DNA of 64,000 bases from Iphione sp. A-MEVVRFRX5. Taxonomy: Eukaryota. The stretch covers positions 156,178,001 to 156,242,000 of the forward strand of contig OZ320313.1 of the NCBI GenBank assembly GCA_976226885.1, read 5' to 3'. Below the pieces are notes generated by a model. That model was not told where the DNA came from, searched no databases, and saw only the letters and a list, made by a program, of their open reading frames with translations. This document shows, piece after piece, positions 26,169 through 37,770 of this stretch (positions within the stretch are counted from its first letter, which is position 1; the number at the start of each line of letters is the position of its first letter). The translations under genes were made by a program, and so were the position numbers.

Positions 26169-26328
26169 CAGTTGACTTTCACATAAAGGTCAGGTCGCAG
26201 AGAAGACCAGGGTTTTGATAGTACCAAAAATATACATTTTTAAATAGAAATAGACAGCAGTAGAGACCAAACCATACCAGACCTAGTTGTCCAGACTCAC
26301 AAGTGGTCTCCTGAGGGAGAGTTGACTG
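26169..26328. mobile_element. Older Tigger-like MITE, 160 bp, in ADGRV1 intron 21
   Basis: TA flanks at 26167-68 and 26329-30. Termini CAGTTGACTTTC and (rc) CAGTCAACTCTC match 9/12. Similar size and GTGGTC/GACC subterminal motifs to 24148-24313. Confidence 0.55.
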
Positions 26329-26434
26329 TACAGCAATATCGTGCCAGACAAATGACATAACCTCACCAAGTCTGGAGGTTTACACTTTCATTGAAACGAT
26401 GCGTATAAAAACTTGCTTCACTGACATCTTTCAG

Positions 26435-26559
26435 AGCAACCAAGTGGCATCGCACACGACCGCCCGCGTCATACAGGATAACCAGTGGCACCACTTGTTG
26501 CTAACGATTGACAGCGCCCTTGTTGAATTCTTCATCGATGGGCAATCCTTGGAAGCGAG
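26435..26559 (+). CDS. ADGRV1: ADGRV1 coding exon 22, LamG (SNQVASH...DNQWHHLLLTIDSALVEFFIDG)
   Basis: tttcag| acceptor, GAG|GTACAT donor, 125 nt, phase 0/2; DxxWHH...FxIDG motif. Confidence 0.92.
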
Positions 26560-27369
26560 GTACATACGCTAGAAGCCTCCTCAAGTGAATTAACACCACG
26601 ATCCTTTTGTGCATAAGATCACTATGTACCCAATTCAATTCATTTTTAATGCACGTGAAAGAGCAAATACTTCTTGCTCTTCCAATATACTCCAAGACAT
26701 AGAAAAGCACGACATGAGGGCAATGGCATAGGTACAGACTAAATGTTTCGGCCAGGTATGGGCAAACGTTCGATTTTTAGAGAAATTATCTGTACATGAG
26801 CATATTTATCACAAAATTCACAGAGGCCATCCCATTCCATGAAACTCAATGCCAAATTTTCACAGCTTTAACCAAAACAGCTAGTCTATTTGGGACAAAT
26901 GAAAAACCAATTGACGCCATTTAACAGAATCAGACCGCGCATGTGCACGCATTCTTACATACACACATTATCTCTTACCCTTTCTTATCCTCCCTCTCTT
27001 ATTGGTTTGAAGAAACTGGTAGTAGTGCCGTGTGTTTATTTCTTTCTCCACAATATGACTGCAGATGTACTCACCTAGACAATCCACACATATAGGGATA
27101 GAAACAATGCCCAAAACATACTTTTTGAAGAAATTCCTTGTGTTTTACTTGTATTCTTCTTAATGCACCAGTTATTAATGATAGACTTTCATCCGTCTTG
27201 CTGCAGCCGCTCAAAATATTGGTACTTAAGTGTAAATATATCATCTGGATTATCATGTCTTTTTTGAATTATAAAGATATATTTTTCGCTATGAAATACT
27301 ACCTCTCTTGCCCAAGTCGGTTTTCTTGTTTTAAGCAAACAGCTTACATCTGCATGTTGTATTTCACAG

Positions 27370-27498
27370 CCGCCTCGTTGAGGAGTCCACAGTGGATGGT
27401 CCGGGGATACTCCTTGTAGGGGCCATTGCTCCAGGAGCTGAGCTCTTCACTGGACTCATGCAGGACGTGAAGGTGTTCAGTAGGAAACTAGACCTAAG
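27370..27498 (+). CDS. ADGRV1: ADGRV1 coding exon 23, LamG end (VDGPGILLVGA...LFTGLMQDVKVFSRKLDL)
   Basis: cacag| acceptor, AAG|GTTCGT donor, 129 nt, phase 2/2. Confidence 0.92.
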
Positions 27499-28190
27499 GT
27501 TCGTATATGTCGATGCTATTTACATTAATCGCCTCCATAACCTTATGAGCTACATATTATTATAATACCAAGAGTCAAGACCCGTATGTTTACATATTAT
27601 AGTTTATTCTCTTTTACTAACCTCATCTTCATGAATTCAAGTGGATTCAAATGCATACTTTAAAACAGAACGTCTTTATGTCCTGCTCTGCATGTTTACC
27701 ATGTAAAATGAATAGGGTAGTATGGCGGTTCAGTACAAATATAGTCCGTATGAAACCCCGTTTAAAATGCTAATGCGATGTTGGCTGTATAGCTTATAAC
27801 TATTAACGATGTCAAGCTTAGACTGGTCAGTTTTAGTCTCGCCTTTAAGTTGGTCCTCTTGGAGAGTCTTCCCACAGGGTAGTCTTCATGGATAGTTGTT
27901 AATAATGAAGATAATAATGAAGATATGCATGTTTGGTTCTTCAAGATATTGGTCTTTCCCAAGGGCTGGTCTCATACTTTGGTTAGGCTTTATAACAATT
28001 ATCGTTCATAACATCAAGTCCATAAAATATTTTCTTAATTGAGCATTTGTGATAGTTTAGCCCATTTGATTATATTGATAGTAAAGAGTTATTATAGTCC
28101 AACACCGAATGAATCTACTATAAAATTTAGCAGATGATAAAAATGAGTGCAAGTAGAAAGATCGTAGATACCGTCTGCTTGCTTGGACAG

Positions 28191-28405
28191 CGAGATAGAT
28201 GAGCTCCACGAAGTGCCGGCTCGTGATGATGTACGTCCCATCTCAGGCTACCTGCGCTTCGCTGAAGGTGTTCAGGAGCAGATTATCACTGTCTTCTCCA
28301 AGGACGACAAGGAAGAGGAGCCGAACGAACCGTTCTCTGTGCAACTCACATCGGCTCGCGGTGGGGCTCGAGTCTCTAACGTTGATGGCACAGCTGTTCT
28401 CACAG
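28191..28405 (+). CDS. ADGRV1: ADGRV1 coding exon 24 (EIDELHEVPARDDVRPISGYLRFAEG...DDKEEEPNEPF...GGARVS...AVLT)
   Basis: gacag| acceptor, CAG|GTAAGC donor, 215 nt, phase 2/1. Confidence 0.93.
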
Positions 28406-29479
28406 GTAAGCTTTGCTACGGAGCATAACACCCAACTTAGGGGGAAATGTTAATTATATTAAGGCCCATTGTGTCAATCAATCTAAGTATCAGATTTGCT
28501 GTGGTGAATTCTGGACCGGACCTATACAGACGGGTTCGGTTTTTCGGATTAGGTCTCACCATTGACTTCGTGATATTACGTTTTGTTCCGTCTCTTGTCC
28601 ACGGATGCTTAGAAGTTCAAGATCTCACAGACTTAACGCACTAGCTTATATATACATCTACAGGTATATATGTATCGCGTGCATACACGTGTATATTTAT
28701 GTATAATATTATTGAAAGCCATTTACGACAGGACTTTCCTATGTTAATCAACATGGCTGTTAATAGGGCCTAAGCCTAGGCTATCTCGTTTCATGCCGTC
28801 TGAGTTTTAACTAACTGCTTATGACTAAAAGCCATGAATCATACTGCATCTCAACGGGAACAAACCAATCATGTGAGCAGTTCAAAGACTGAACAGTGAC
28901 ACTCTGACCATCACGTTGTCTCTGCTGTCGACGGATAACCATGTGCCACGCACGGCTGTCATTAAGGATTATAAAGGTTATACCTCATAAATTTGCAAGG
29001 TAGATGGCACACCACATGTCCACTGAGGCACATCTGTCGCTGCCGATAACTTAACAAGACAACATAATTCTTGGATGTGTAGTTGGGAGGTCGGCAAGCA
29101 AGGTGGGAGGTATGGCTCTCGGTCTTAGTTAACGCTAGAGGGAGCCATATGTCTGGCTAACAGTCTCATAATTGGTCATGTAGCAAGGTACAGAGAGACG
29201 CGTCAGCGACTTATCATCCCGACATACGACTGCAGAGCTGTACATCAAGGAGGCATTCAAAGTCGGGTCAAAGGTTATCTTTGTAGCATCTCCTTGACTA
29301 GATTTTTACCAAAGCGACAGTTTTTTAAAAGTACTCCTTACCAACCCTTTTATCTGCTTGTATGACAGTTCATCCTTGAATTACTTGCCAATAATTATTC
29401 CAAACAAAAATCCTCCTGCTACTTTGGTATGCATACAGCACACATTTTTCTTCTCTTTTCAATTCCCTGCATTTAACAG

Positions 29480-29718
29480 TCCTGAAGAGTGACAACGCCA
29501 ATGGCCTCTTTGGATTCTCTGGGCCTTGCCTCCCGCTCTCCCCAGGGTCGGAGGGCTCGGTGTGGGAGTGTCCGGTGGTAAGAGGTCGGGGCGACGCCGG
29601 CAGCGTCACCATCTTCTGGGACGTTGTGGGACCAGGCGAGCAAAACGATGAGGAGGCAGCGGAGGACTTCATCAACGCCACCGGCACCCTGGTGTTTCAG
29701 CCCGGAGAGCGAGCCGGG
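29480..29718 (+). CDS. ADGRV1: ADGRV1 coding exon 25 (VLKSDNANGLFGFSGPCLP...DFINATGTLVFQPGERAG)
   Basis: taacag| acceptor, GGG|GTACGC donor, 239 nt, phase 1/0. Confidence 0.93.
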
Positions 29719-30130
29719 GTACGCAGCTTTCGGAAGGAAGCATCTTATTAACCGTATCAAAGAAAACGTGGCCTACGGCCACAAATCCTTTCAGTACCCC
29801 TAAACTATACGATTACCATGGAAGGGGGACTGAAGCTTTTCAGCAGGAGAATTTAGTAGACGAGAACTGGCTGAACATCTTTCGTTTTAGGAAAAGTCAT
29901 ATAATGATGAATAGTGGTAATGTAGATTCGTGGTTGTAGGATTTCTTGGTTGAAGTAGGCAGAACGCACAAGTTACAAAAATTGATTGCACTCGTGTTGT
30001 AGAAAGTATATCCTACTTTGTGCGTGGATGAAGAGAAACCAGAGTAATATATCCTACTTTTGTATTTGGGTCCACTGGATATTGTAAATTAACATCACGT
30101 AACAGACATCTGCCGTGTTGCACCTCACAG

Positions 30131-30388
30131 GTGGTGCAGGTCGAAGGCTACGAGGACGATTCACCTGAGTTGGCAGAAACGTTCCGAGTCCGACTCACCT
30201 CTGTTCGCTCCAGTGATGGCCTGGTTGGCAGCACCGCCACCAGCGGCGCTAGCATCGACCCAGTGTCCGACCGCGCCCTCATCGTCATGCCCGACAACGA
30301 CGACCCCTATGGGCGGCTTGAGTTCTCTACAGGCGCGCCACCTGCAGACGATGACCCTATTACACCCCCGTCAGACGTACCGCCCTCT
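30131..30388 (+). CDS. ADGRV1: ADGRV1 coding exon 26 (VVQVEGYEDDSPELAETFRVRL...GSTATSGASIDP...DPYGRLEFSTGAPP...VPPS)
   Basis: cacag| acceptor, TCT|GTAAGT donor, 258 nt. Confidence 0.94.
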
Positions 30389-31759
30389 GTAAGTAACATA
30401 AAAGAAGTAACCACCTTTGTCCTCGTTTATCAACCTCCATTTGGGTGGCGGCTTGAATAAACGGTGTTTAGAAAAGTCTATGGATGTTGCCTCATACTAT
30501 GTAACAGTGACAAAATCATGGGCACAATTCAGTTATCACTTTAGATTATATTTACATGTGGGTTCTGATTTTTAAGTACATTATTTCATAGAATTCACCC
30601 AATGGAGGACAATTTTTGTTACTGAACGTTTCAAACAGGCCAGAAATCGACAATCTTTATCCTGTTATAGTATTCTGTTAGCAACACATTTCATCGATAA
30701 ACATAGGTATGTGTTCAGTACTTTATGCATTTCAGAACGAATGTAATCGAGGTGTATGTACGTTTCCTATCCAATGTATGCTGCTTCTATAATTTCACTA
30801 TCAAATCATTTCAGCTTACCGTAAGTTATATCATTCCTCTGCAACCAATGAGTGCGCATGTTGGTGTAAGAAGCAAAAAGCCATACCTTTGTTGGATGTA
30901 TACCATTGTAGTATTGTCGGTGGTTTCAAAGTCGTGATCTCGCTGGTATATTTCCAAATAACCTGTCGTGCCAGTGGTGTCGGTCAGAGCGATGGTTGTG
31001 ATTTTTTAGATTGTCCTTGTTCAAAACACGTTTACGTCAAAGGTTTGAATATAATGACTAACTCATTTGGCCGCTTCACATATTGACCACCCATTAATTC
31101 AAAATCGAAAGAAATGCTGTTTTTGATCACTGACGGACTGTTTTCAATTGATGGGAGAGTTGCACACTTTTGCATGAATTACTATTTGAATTAAGAAACG
31201 GGGTACTATCGGTTACGAGTGAAATCTTATGCACTTTGTCCTTTTCATGAGGCGTAATAATGGTCAATCATGTGTCCACATATGGCATTTCTGGTGTATT
31301 TGATAAATGTTGCTTAGTTTCCCAAATATCCCTGAAATGGCATATTTACTATGTATTACTGTGAGCAATCCGCACAAGGAAATGATTTACACGAAAAAAA
31401 GGAAATACGTATAGTTTATTTTCGTGTTAGCTAAGGTTTCCTTTGTCCATAGAGATGTGCGATGTTGTTCGCTAGGCCTGAGAAAACAATGCTTGCTTCC
31501 CCGACAAACTAGATTATAGTTACCCGTTATATATGTATACATACATGTGATTAGTAAGGACATGTAGGTACTAGTATATGTTTAAGTTAGAATGTCTCTC
31601 GTAAAAACCAATCAAGCTGAAGTCATAGTAGATGAAATCTATTAAGCGAAATTGCCTAGATTATCAGTGCACACGCACTGTACCTACTGCATATTTAAAG
31701 AAGATAAAAACAACAGCAATCGAGTCGCTCCCAGCTTAAGAGCTGCTCTATGTTACTAG

Positions 31760-31897
31760 GTGACGGTCCCGGAGGAATCGGGCATAGTTCGTCTGCTCGT
31801 GGTGCGAACTCAGGGGACCGTAGGCCAGGTCACGGTTGAGTGGAGAACAGTCGACGGTACAGCTGTTAGTTCAGGAAAGAATCCCCCAGATTATGTG
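31760..31897 (+). CDS. ADGRV1: ADGRV1 coding exon 27, last exon found (VTVPEESGIVRLLVVRTQGTVGQVTVEWRTVDGTAVSSGKNPPDYV)
   Basis: actag| acceptor, GTG|GTAAGT donor, 138 nt; not in the ORF track; ends mid-Calx-beta with no stop codon. Confidence 0.92.
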
Positions 31898-33109
31898 GTA
31901 AGTCACCTACAGTTTTACCCTAAGGCTTAATTTCCTTAGGTGCATGGTCGTGTGTAGCATGTTTTCAAGACAGTAAGACCAAGAAACGTTTATGCCATAT
32001 CCACTGCTGATATAGCAACAGAGCTAGGTTGGAGCCTTGTATCACACCAGTACATTCCCATAGTTCCCAATGAAAACATGTCTGAATAGGCACACACAGC
32101 TGTGAAAATTGTGAAGTTTCTCAGTCCCAAAACATGCTGCACATGGACACTCTCCAAAATATATGGTACGCACGCACACGTAGACATTCCGGACTGTTGA
32201 CTCCAATTCCAAAATCACAAAAAAATACATGCTGCCACATGTGTAAAAAACATGCATCTAAGATTATTAAGCCTAACATGTTATTTTTACATAGGACACG
32301 GCCTATTATTCTTCCGAATCCTTGGACAGAATTTTGCATTGGCATAAGGCTGCTGTTGCAGCTTTAAATTGAAAGGTACAGGTACCCATACACACGGTGT
32401 ATATCATGTTCACAGACGAGTTGCTGCATATCAAAGAGCGTGATGAATGTTAAAGAAAACTGACACAGATATACAACGAAGCTACGGTAGCCTTGAACTC
32501 CTTAATATGTCCAAGAACACTATTCAGATATCCAAAATGTGAATTAACATTGAAGAAGTATTTATGAAAACCGAATAAGTGAAAAAGTCGGCAAATCAGA
32601 TTCAGGAGATCCTGACCGACCATTAGAAGAACGCTTCCCTTACTTATCGAATGCATATTATTTGTGAAACTGCAAAGATAGCGACAGAAAACCGTGGGTT
32701 CTTTCATCCCCCTTTACCGCCACCCAAACCTGGTCTGTTTCTTCATCCAATATCGCCCTCTCACCCAGCTAATGCCAAACGTATGAGGCAATCAAAACAT
32801 CCTCTAAAACAAGATTGAGATCCAAATTGGGCGCACCTGAGGGCGAGAGGCTGGATCCCTCCTGTGGGTACAGTCTGTGGGGAGCAGATGTTGGTGACGA
32901 CCTCAGCCCGACGCACATCTCGCGATTCTTTTTATCTGTAGCTTGGTCAGTGATCACCTCGACATCAGTGCTCAGTAAAACCCGATCAGTCCTGCCAGTC
33001 TCTTTTCAGCTTCCTCTCTGTTCAATCTTGACCTGTCGCTTGTCTTTTCTGCTTTTCTGTCTTTTCATTTTTTGACGTTTGCTCATAGCTCTCTCTCCGT
33101 ATAAGTCTG

Positions 33110-33114
33110 TTTCT

Positions 33115-33146
<32 letters not shown>

Positions 33147-33174
33147 TTCTTCTTCTTTTCCTCTTCCTCTTCTT
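33110..33174 (+). repeat. (TTC)n microsatellite
   Basis: Directly visible. Confidence 0.95.
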
Positions 33175-35652
33175 GTGAGAGACTTCGCATGGCATATAAA
33201 CGAGCGAGGCACTTACGTAGTTTAGTCTCGATTAGCAGGGTATGATCGCCCCATCTTTGCTGACCAGAGCTGTGTCGGTTAATTAGAGACTGCACTCAGA
33301 GACCAGCAAGGTACAATGCAGTCAAGTGTTTAAGCACCAAAATGTGGTATAATGATTAAGTATTATTAGTGCCTGGATGATTGTGGCAACCATGCAGGGA
33401 GTATTTTATATTGGCAGTGATTTCGTGATTTAGTAGTTATTTGAAAAGGCTATCAAAGGGGAACTCATGGGTTTGTCATCACCAGTTCAAACTGACACAC
33501 CGACCTAGAAACGGGACCTAAAATGATATTTCCAGGGAGAAATCCTCACATTTATATACACATAATCACCTTTTGGGCTGCCATTCACTGTGCGAGGTAA
33601 TAGGAAAGTAGTTTCTTGTTCATCAGGGTGTGTCTCTGCGATGAATATTGAAGTGGAGCTATTATAAACAATTCAAATTCACTTCAATCTATAGTTCATA
33701 CAGGTAATACATACTGACAAACCGTTCTTAAAGACTCGCGTTGTGTCTATTGTCATATAAGGTGTGGATTATGATGCGCCACTACGATATCTTAGGGAGT
33801 TCTGCTAATACTGAGAATACCCTTCGCCTATTAACATCTGCTGGACTGTGTTCAGAAACTCGAAGAACAAATCCAGTTTGGCGCTAATCTGGAGATGCGC
33901 GCAGGGCCTGTACCTGCCCTCCTCTGGCTATTGAGGCCCAAAGTGGTCGGATGACTGCTGCGATGGCTCTGCTGGAGTGCACCTACAGCTGCTCCGGCTT
34001 AGACCCCGACGTGCCACACTCAGGCACCAATTGGCCTCAGTGTGCGCACGACCACGCCCTCGAGTGAAGCCAGTCCCCCCGATAGACATGGGTCTTTTGG
34101 CGTTGGAGTGTTTGTTCAGCTTTCCCGCAGGTACTGTGAACACAGATCTGTTGTTTAGACGGGAGTTGAATGTCACTTTTGCTCGCACCAGCAAACAACG
34201 AATAGGCACGGCCCTAGGCAGCAAGAACCAGAAGTTGGCTTGTTGTGCCTGAGGATGTCTTTTTTTATGTGTAAACCGTACACAGAATGACCTGTCTGGG
34301 TAGTAGTGAGGAATGCCAACACGTGAGAGGGGAAATGACAGGAGTCTTGTTGCCTCAACACAATCCTAAAAACAGCTGTACAACCAGATAGTCTGAGTAA
34401 AGGCCCTAGCTACCAGCTGGTAGATTGTCAACCAACATATTAGGGACTAGAGTAAAGATTGACATGTCGCATAGCACACCTATGGACCATCTAATCTAAT
34501 TGTTCATCTTGGTCGACTAGTGATAATTGCACCAAGTAATCATATCATAACCCAAATTAAAAATTAAGGGCAAATACCACCTCTGTCTTGTTACTGCTTG
34601 CAATGTTGATAGGTGCAGAACGTGATTAGGCTTTCCCTTCAAATGGCAATGTTTGCAATGATGATATTACTGTGGGCAATCACTGCTGCCGCTTCAAATG
34701 TATATAGAATTAGGTGTTATTTGAGGGAAGGAGTTTTAATGAAAAACTGCTCCAAGCACTCTTTATAACGGTAACCTGTTTAACTTGACATATCTAAATA
34801 CAGTGTACATATATGTAAAGCGCGACATGCATATCTAACTCACAAGGAATGTAAACGGCTTCTCCGGGTCATACTTATACCCTAATACAGAAGACGACAG
34901 ACTTCATGAAGGCATGCTCTTATGGGGACAATTTTGAGCGCCTACAGCCACACATATAACAGATTAGCCGCTTAAAGAGTACACTAGCTAGCCAGAAATG
35001 AAGCAAAAGGGGCTATAAGGTAAAAGTAATGGATGGAAATCCTGTCATCTCTATAAGTATTACTAACCAATCTAATAGAGACCTGATAAGCCTATAGCCT
35101 GCCCAATTAACTGTTATTTTGTAATACACCGAGGTCCAGGTCAATGTATTCATATGACATACTCTTTAAGGATTTAAAGGTTGTGTGGACGAAAGGTAGA
35201 GTGCTTCCTCTTTTTGCCTCTGTTGGCATGACCTCTGAAGCCATTTTAGAGCGTTCCTACTGGTAATGACATCAGAAAGAACATTGTGAGACACCGTGTC
35301 GCTAAATATGTAATTGTATGCTTACGAAGGAAATCTCCCAGTAAGTGTATTATTTATTTGCCACTGTCTGACATTCTACATACATATCTACACATGTGCG
35401 ATTACGATGTTGCTTGTTTCTTCTTTCTAATGCTGTCGATGAAATAGTTACATCAAGCCCCAAAACAGACCCTTTACTGATGTATATTAACCATTTTAGC
35501 GTATTCTTATCGTACTAATGTCGATTTGCACACATTGATAAAACGTTTGTTTGACAGCGCGAAAAAAAGCGACCATTTTCTTGAAATTCATTAGCCATCA
35601 CTACACACTGCCTTAATCCGGATAACACACACCTGTCACCAAAATATACTTA

Positions 35653-35959
35653 GGCAGTGTCAAGATGTATCCATACAGAAAATACATCTATGGATCCCTA
35701 CCTCCTGTAGATCCGTAGTTTCAAGGGGGGCAGAGGGGGGGAGGGGACAACAACAACCCTGTACTGATGCCTCCTATGGGAAACAGACCCGGGTCCTTAA
35801 AAAATCTGTCACTGACAGTTTTTGAAAATGGACCTGGCTCCGTATCCGTTTTGAGACAGATGCATGTGAACTCTTAAGTTACATTGCTACAAGCTGGATA
35901 AAATATGTCTATGTGTCCATATCCATTTTGAATAAATACGGATGCATGTGAACACTGCC
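35653..35959. mobile_element. PIF/Harbinger-type MITE, 307 bp
   Basis: TTA target-site duplication at 35650-52 and 35960-62. TIRs GGCAGTGTCAAGATGTATCCATA and (rc) GGCAGTGTTCACATGCATCCGTA match 18/23. Confidence 0.8.
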
Positions 35960-36329
35960 TTAGGCCACCCACGGTGTCCTGCCCGTTCTTGATGCAAACA
36001 TCCGTAATGAGGTGTACCAGGGCAGCACTTCAATCAGTACAGCATGTAGATGAAGGAAAGAATGATGAATAAACTAAACGTATACAATAAAACATGTGGA
36101 TAAGAAAAATGGAACAGAAACAAAGTGAGTGATGGTATGGCCCCAAAGAAAGATAAAGCGAGCTCAAAAAAAACACACAAAGTAGTGGGTTCAGCTAACT
36201 GAAAGAAACAAAGCTGGTCAGCAAGAACAGACAAGACAGCAGATCAAATGACAAAAAAAACCACTAATCGTGAAATGCAATGGTATAATGACGTTTAGTT
36301 GGTCTGGCAGATGTTGTAAAGGGTCACTC

Positions 36330-36800
36330 TAATGACCTTGGTGGGTTACCACATTGACGGGCCTCTCAAATCGCTGGCGGCTGTTTGCCCATGAAATGGA
36401 TGCGGCCAACGGCACACCGCGTCGGAGCGGGGATCGGGCCAGTGCGCCGGCGCCAGCGACGGCATCCGCAAAGCACATAGCGCGGATAGCAGGCGGCCGC
36501 CGCGAATGCCTCTGATGGTAAGTGAACGCCCCATAATGGCGGCGTTGAGGCACGTGCCACTCACGTGATCGAAGGCCCTCTGGCGGCGGCGGTGTAAAGT
36601 AGAGTTGTCAGGTTCCACGGTGACCTGCCACTGCCCGTGTTAACCGTCGTAGGCGCGCGTTTGCCTGTCCGCGACTGTTATCTCCTCCCCTGTCGTATCT
36701 ACTGCTGCCTCGGATGTGACACGTTGGACCCTTTTATCTCTGTGCCATTGCTTCCGGCCCCCGCCGCCATGGTTGCCACGAATGCCGTCACGCCAACTGT
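36330..36800. promoter_or_regulatory. CpG/GC-rich island with promoter-like motifs
   Basis: Dense CpG against a roughly 40% GC background, two CACGTG E-boxes (about 36551-36568), YY1-like ATAATGGCGGCG, a donor-like G|GTAAGT near 36517 and GCCGCCATGG near 36765. Confidence 0.4.
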
Positions 36801-37704
36801 TCCATCTGATTTTTTTCCAACAAAGTATCTTTTTTTTTACCTATTGCCAATTGGAACAAATGGATGGTAAATGTGATTTCATTTGTGCTCGTAAACTTCC
36901 AGTTGTGGGGTCTCAAAATCTAATTGTTAACGCACGTTACCACCACCAGCACCAGCCAAATACGTCGCTGACCCTCTGTGCGTTTGTATCGCTTATAATG
37001 TGTAAAACTGTTGGTTTCAATGTTTATAGCCTCCGCCCGTCCGTCGGTAGGAGGCGCCGGTGTCTGTGTTGCCCCCTCCTGGGTACGAAATGGAGAAAGA
37101 CTGTGTGAATCAGTCGCTGGCTGACCTAGAATCTCGCCCACTTATAAAGCAGTACATTATTTGTCTGACTTCATCAAACGCGCCTGCTGAGGTGCCGGGC
37201 CTAGCCCGTCGTTATCCATATATTAATACGATGTATAAGTAAAGCAATGTATACACGGGCAGTCAGTATCTCCACCAGTTCTTCTTCTTGCGACCTGGAG
37301 TGAAATAATTTCCTGGTTGACACTGAGTCATTGGCAAAAACACTTTTTTACCCCTTCCCCAACACACCCATTTTATCCAGTGTACCAGCCTGTAATCAGT
37401 TCGCAACAGACCGATCATTTACGCCGCGTCGGGTCACTGAGTAGCACTGAGTCAAATGTCAAAATGAAATATTTGACCAAACATCCCAGTTTGCTTTGAA
37501 GTAGTAGAGTGGACGTTTCTACACTGAGTTTAGCTAGCTTACCTTGATCCAAAGATCTTAAATCAAGGCTGCTGTATCTGTGCCAGTTTTGTACAATGAA
37601 CATCTGTACATCGCTTAGATTTTATTATACTATACTCTGCTTGCGTTCCATCCGCATATCGGGAGAGGAAAAACGTTAAATAATTAGCCGTGCTCCGATC
37701 ACGC

Positions 37705-37770
37705 AGACACGCTCACACACCATACAGACACACACTCGCACACACACGCACACACACCTACACACACTCT
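37705..37770 (+). repeat. Imperfect (CA)n microsatellite
   Basis: Directly visible. Confidence 0.85.

Larger units (their letters stand above)
9221..31897 (+). other. ADGRV1: ADGRV1 (VLGR1/GPR98) orthologue, partial gene model: 27 coding exons, 1780 codons, 3' part not found in window
   Basis: 27 exons join in frame with GT-AG boundaries and matching phases. The translation has repeated Calx-beta signatures (DDxxPExxExFxVxL, NDDPxGVFxF), a LamG-like block, and colinear similarity to recalled human ADGRV1 (e.g. VxKSDNANGLFGF, GSTxTSGASIDP, FTGLMQDV, DxxPISGYLxF). Confidence 0.93.
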
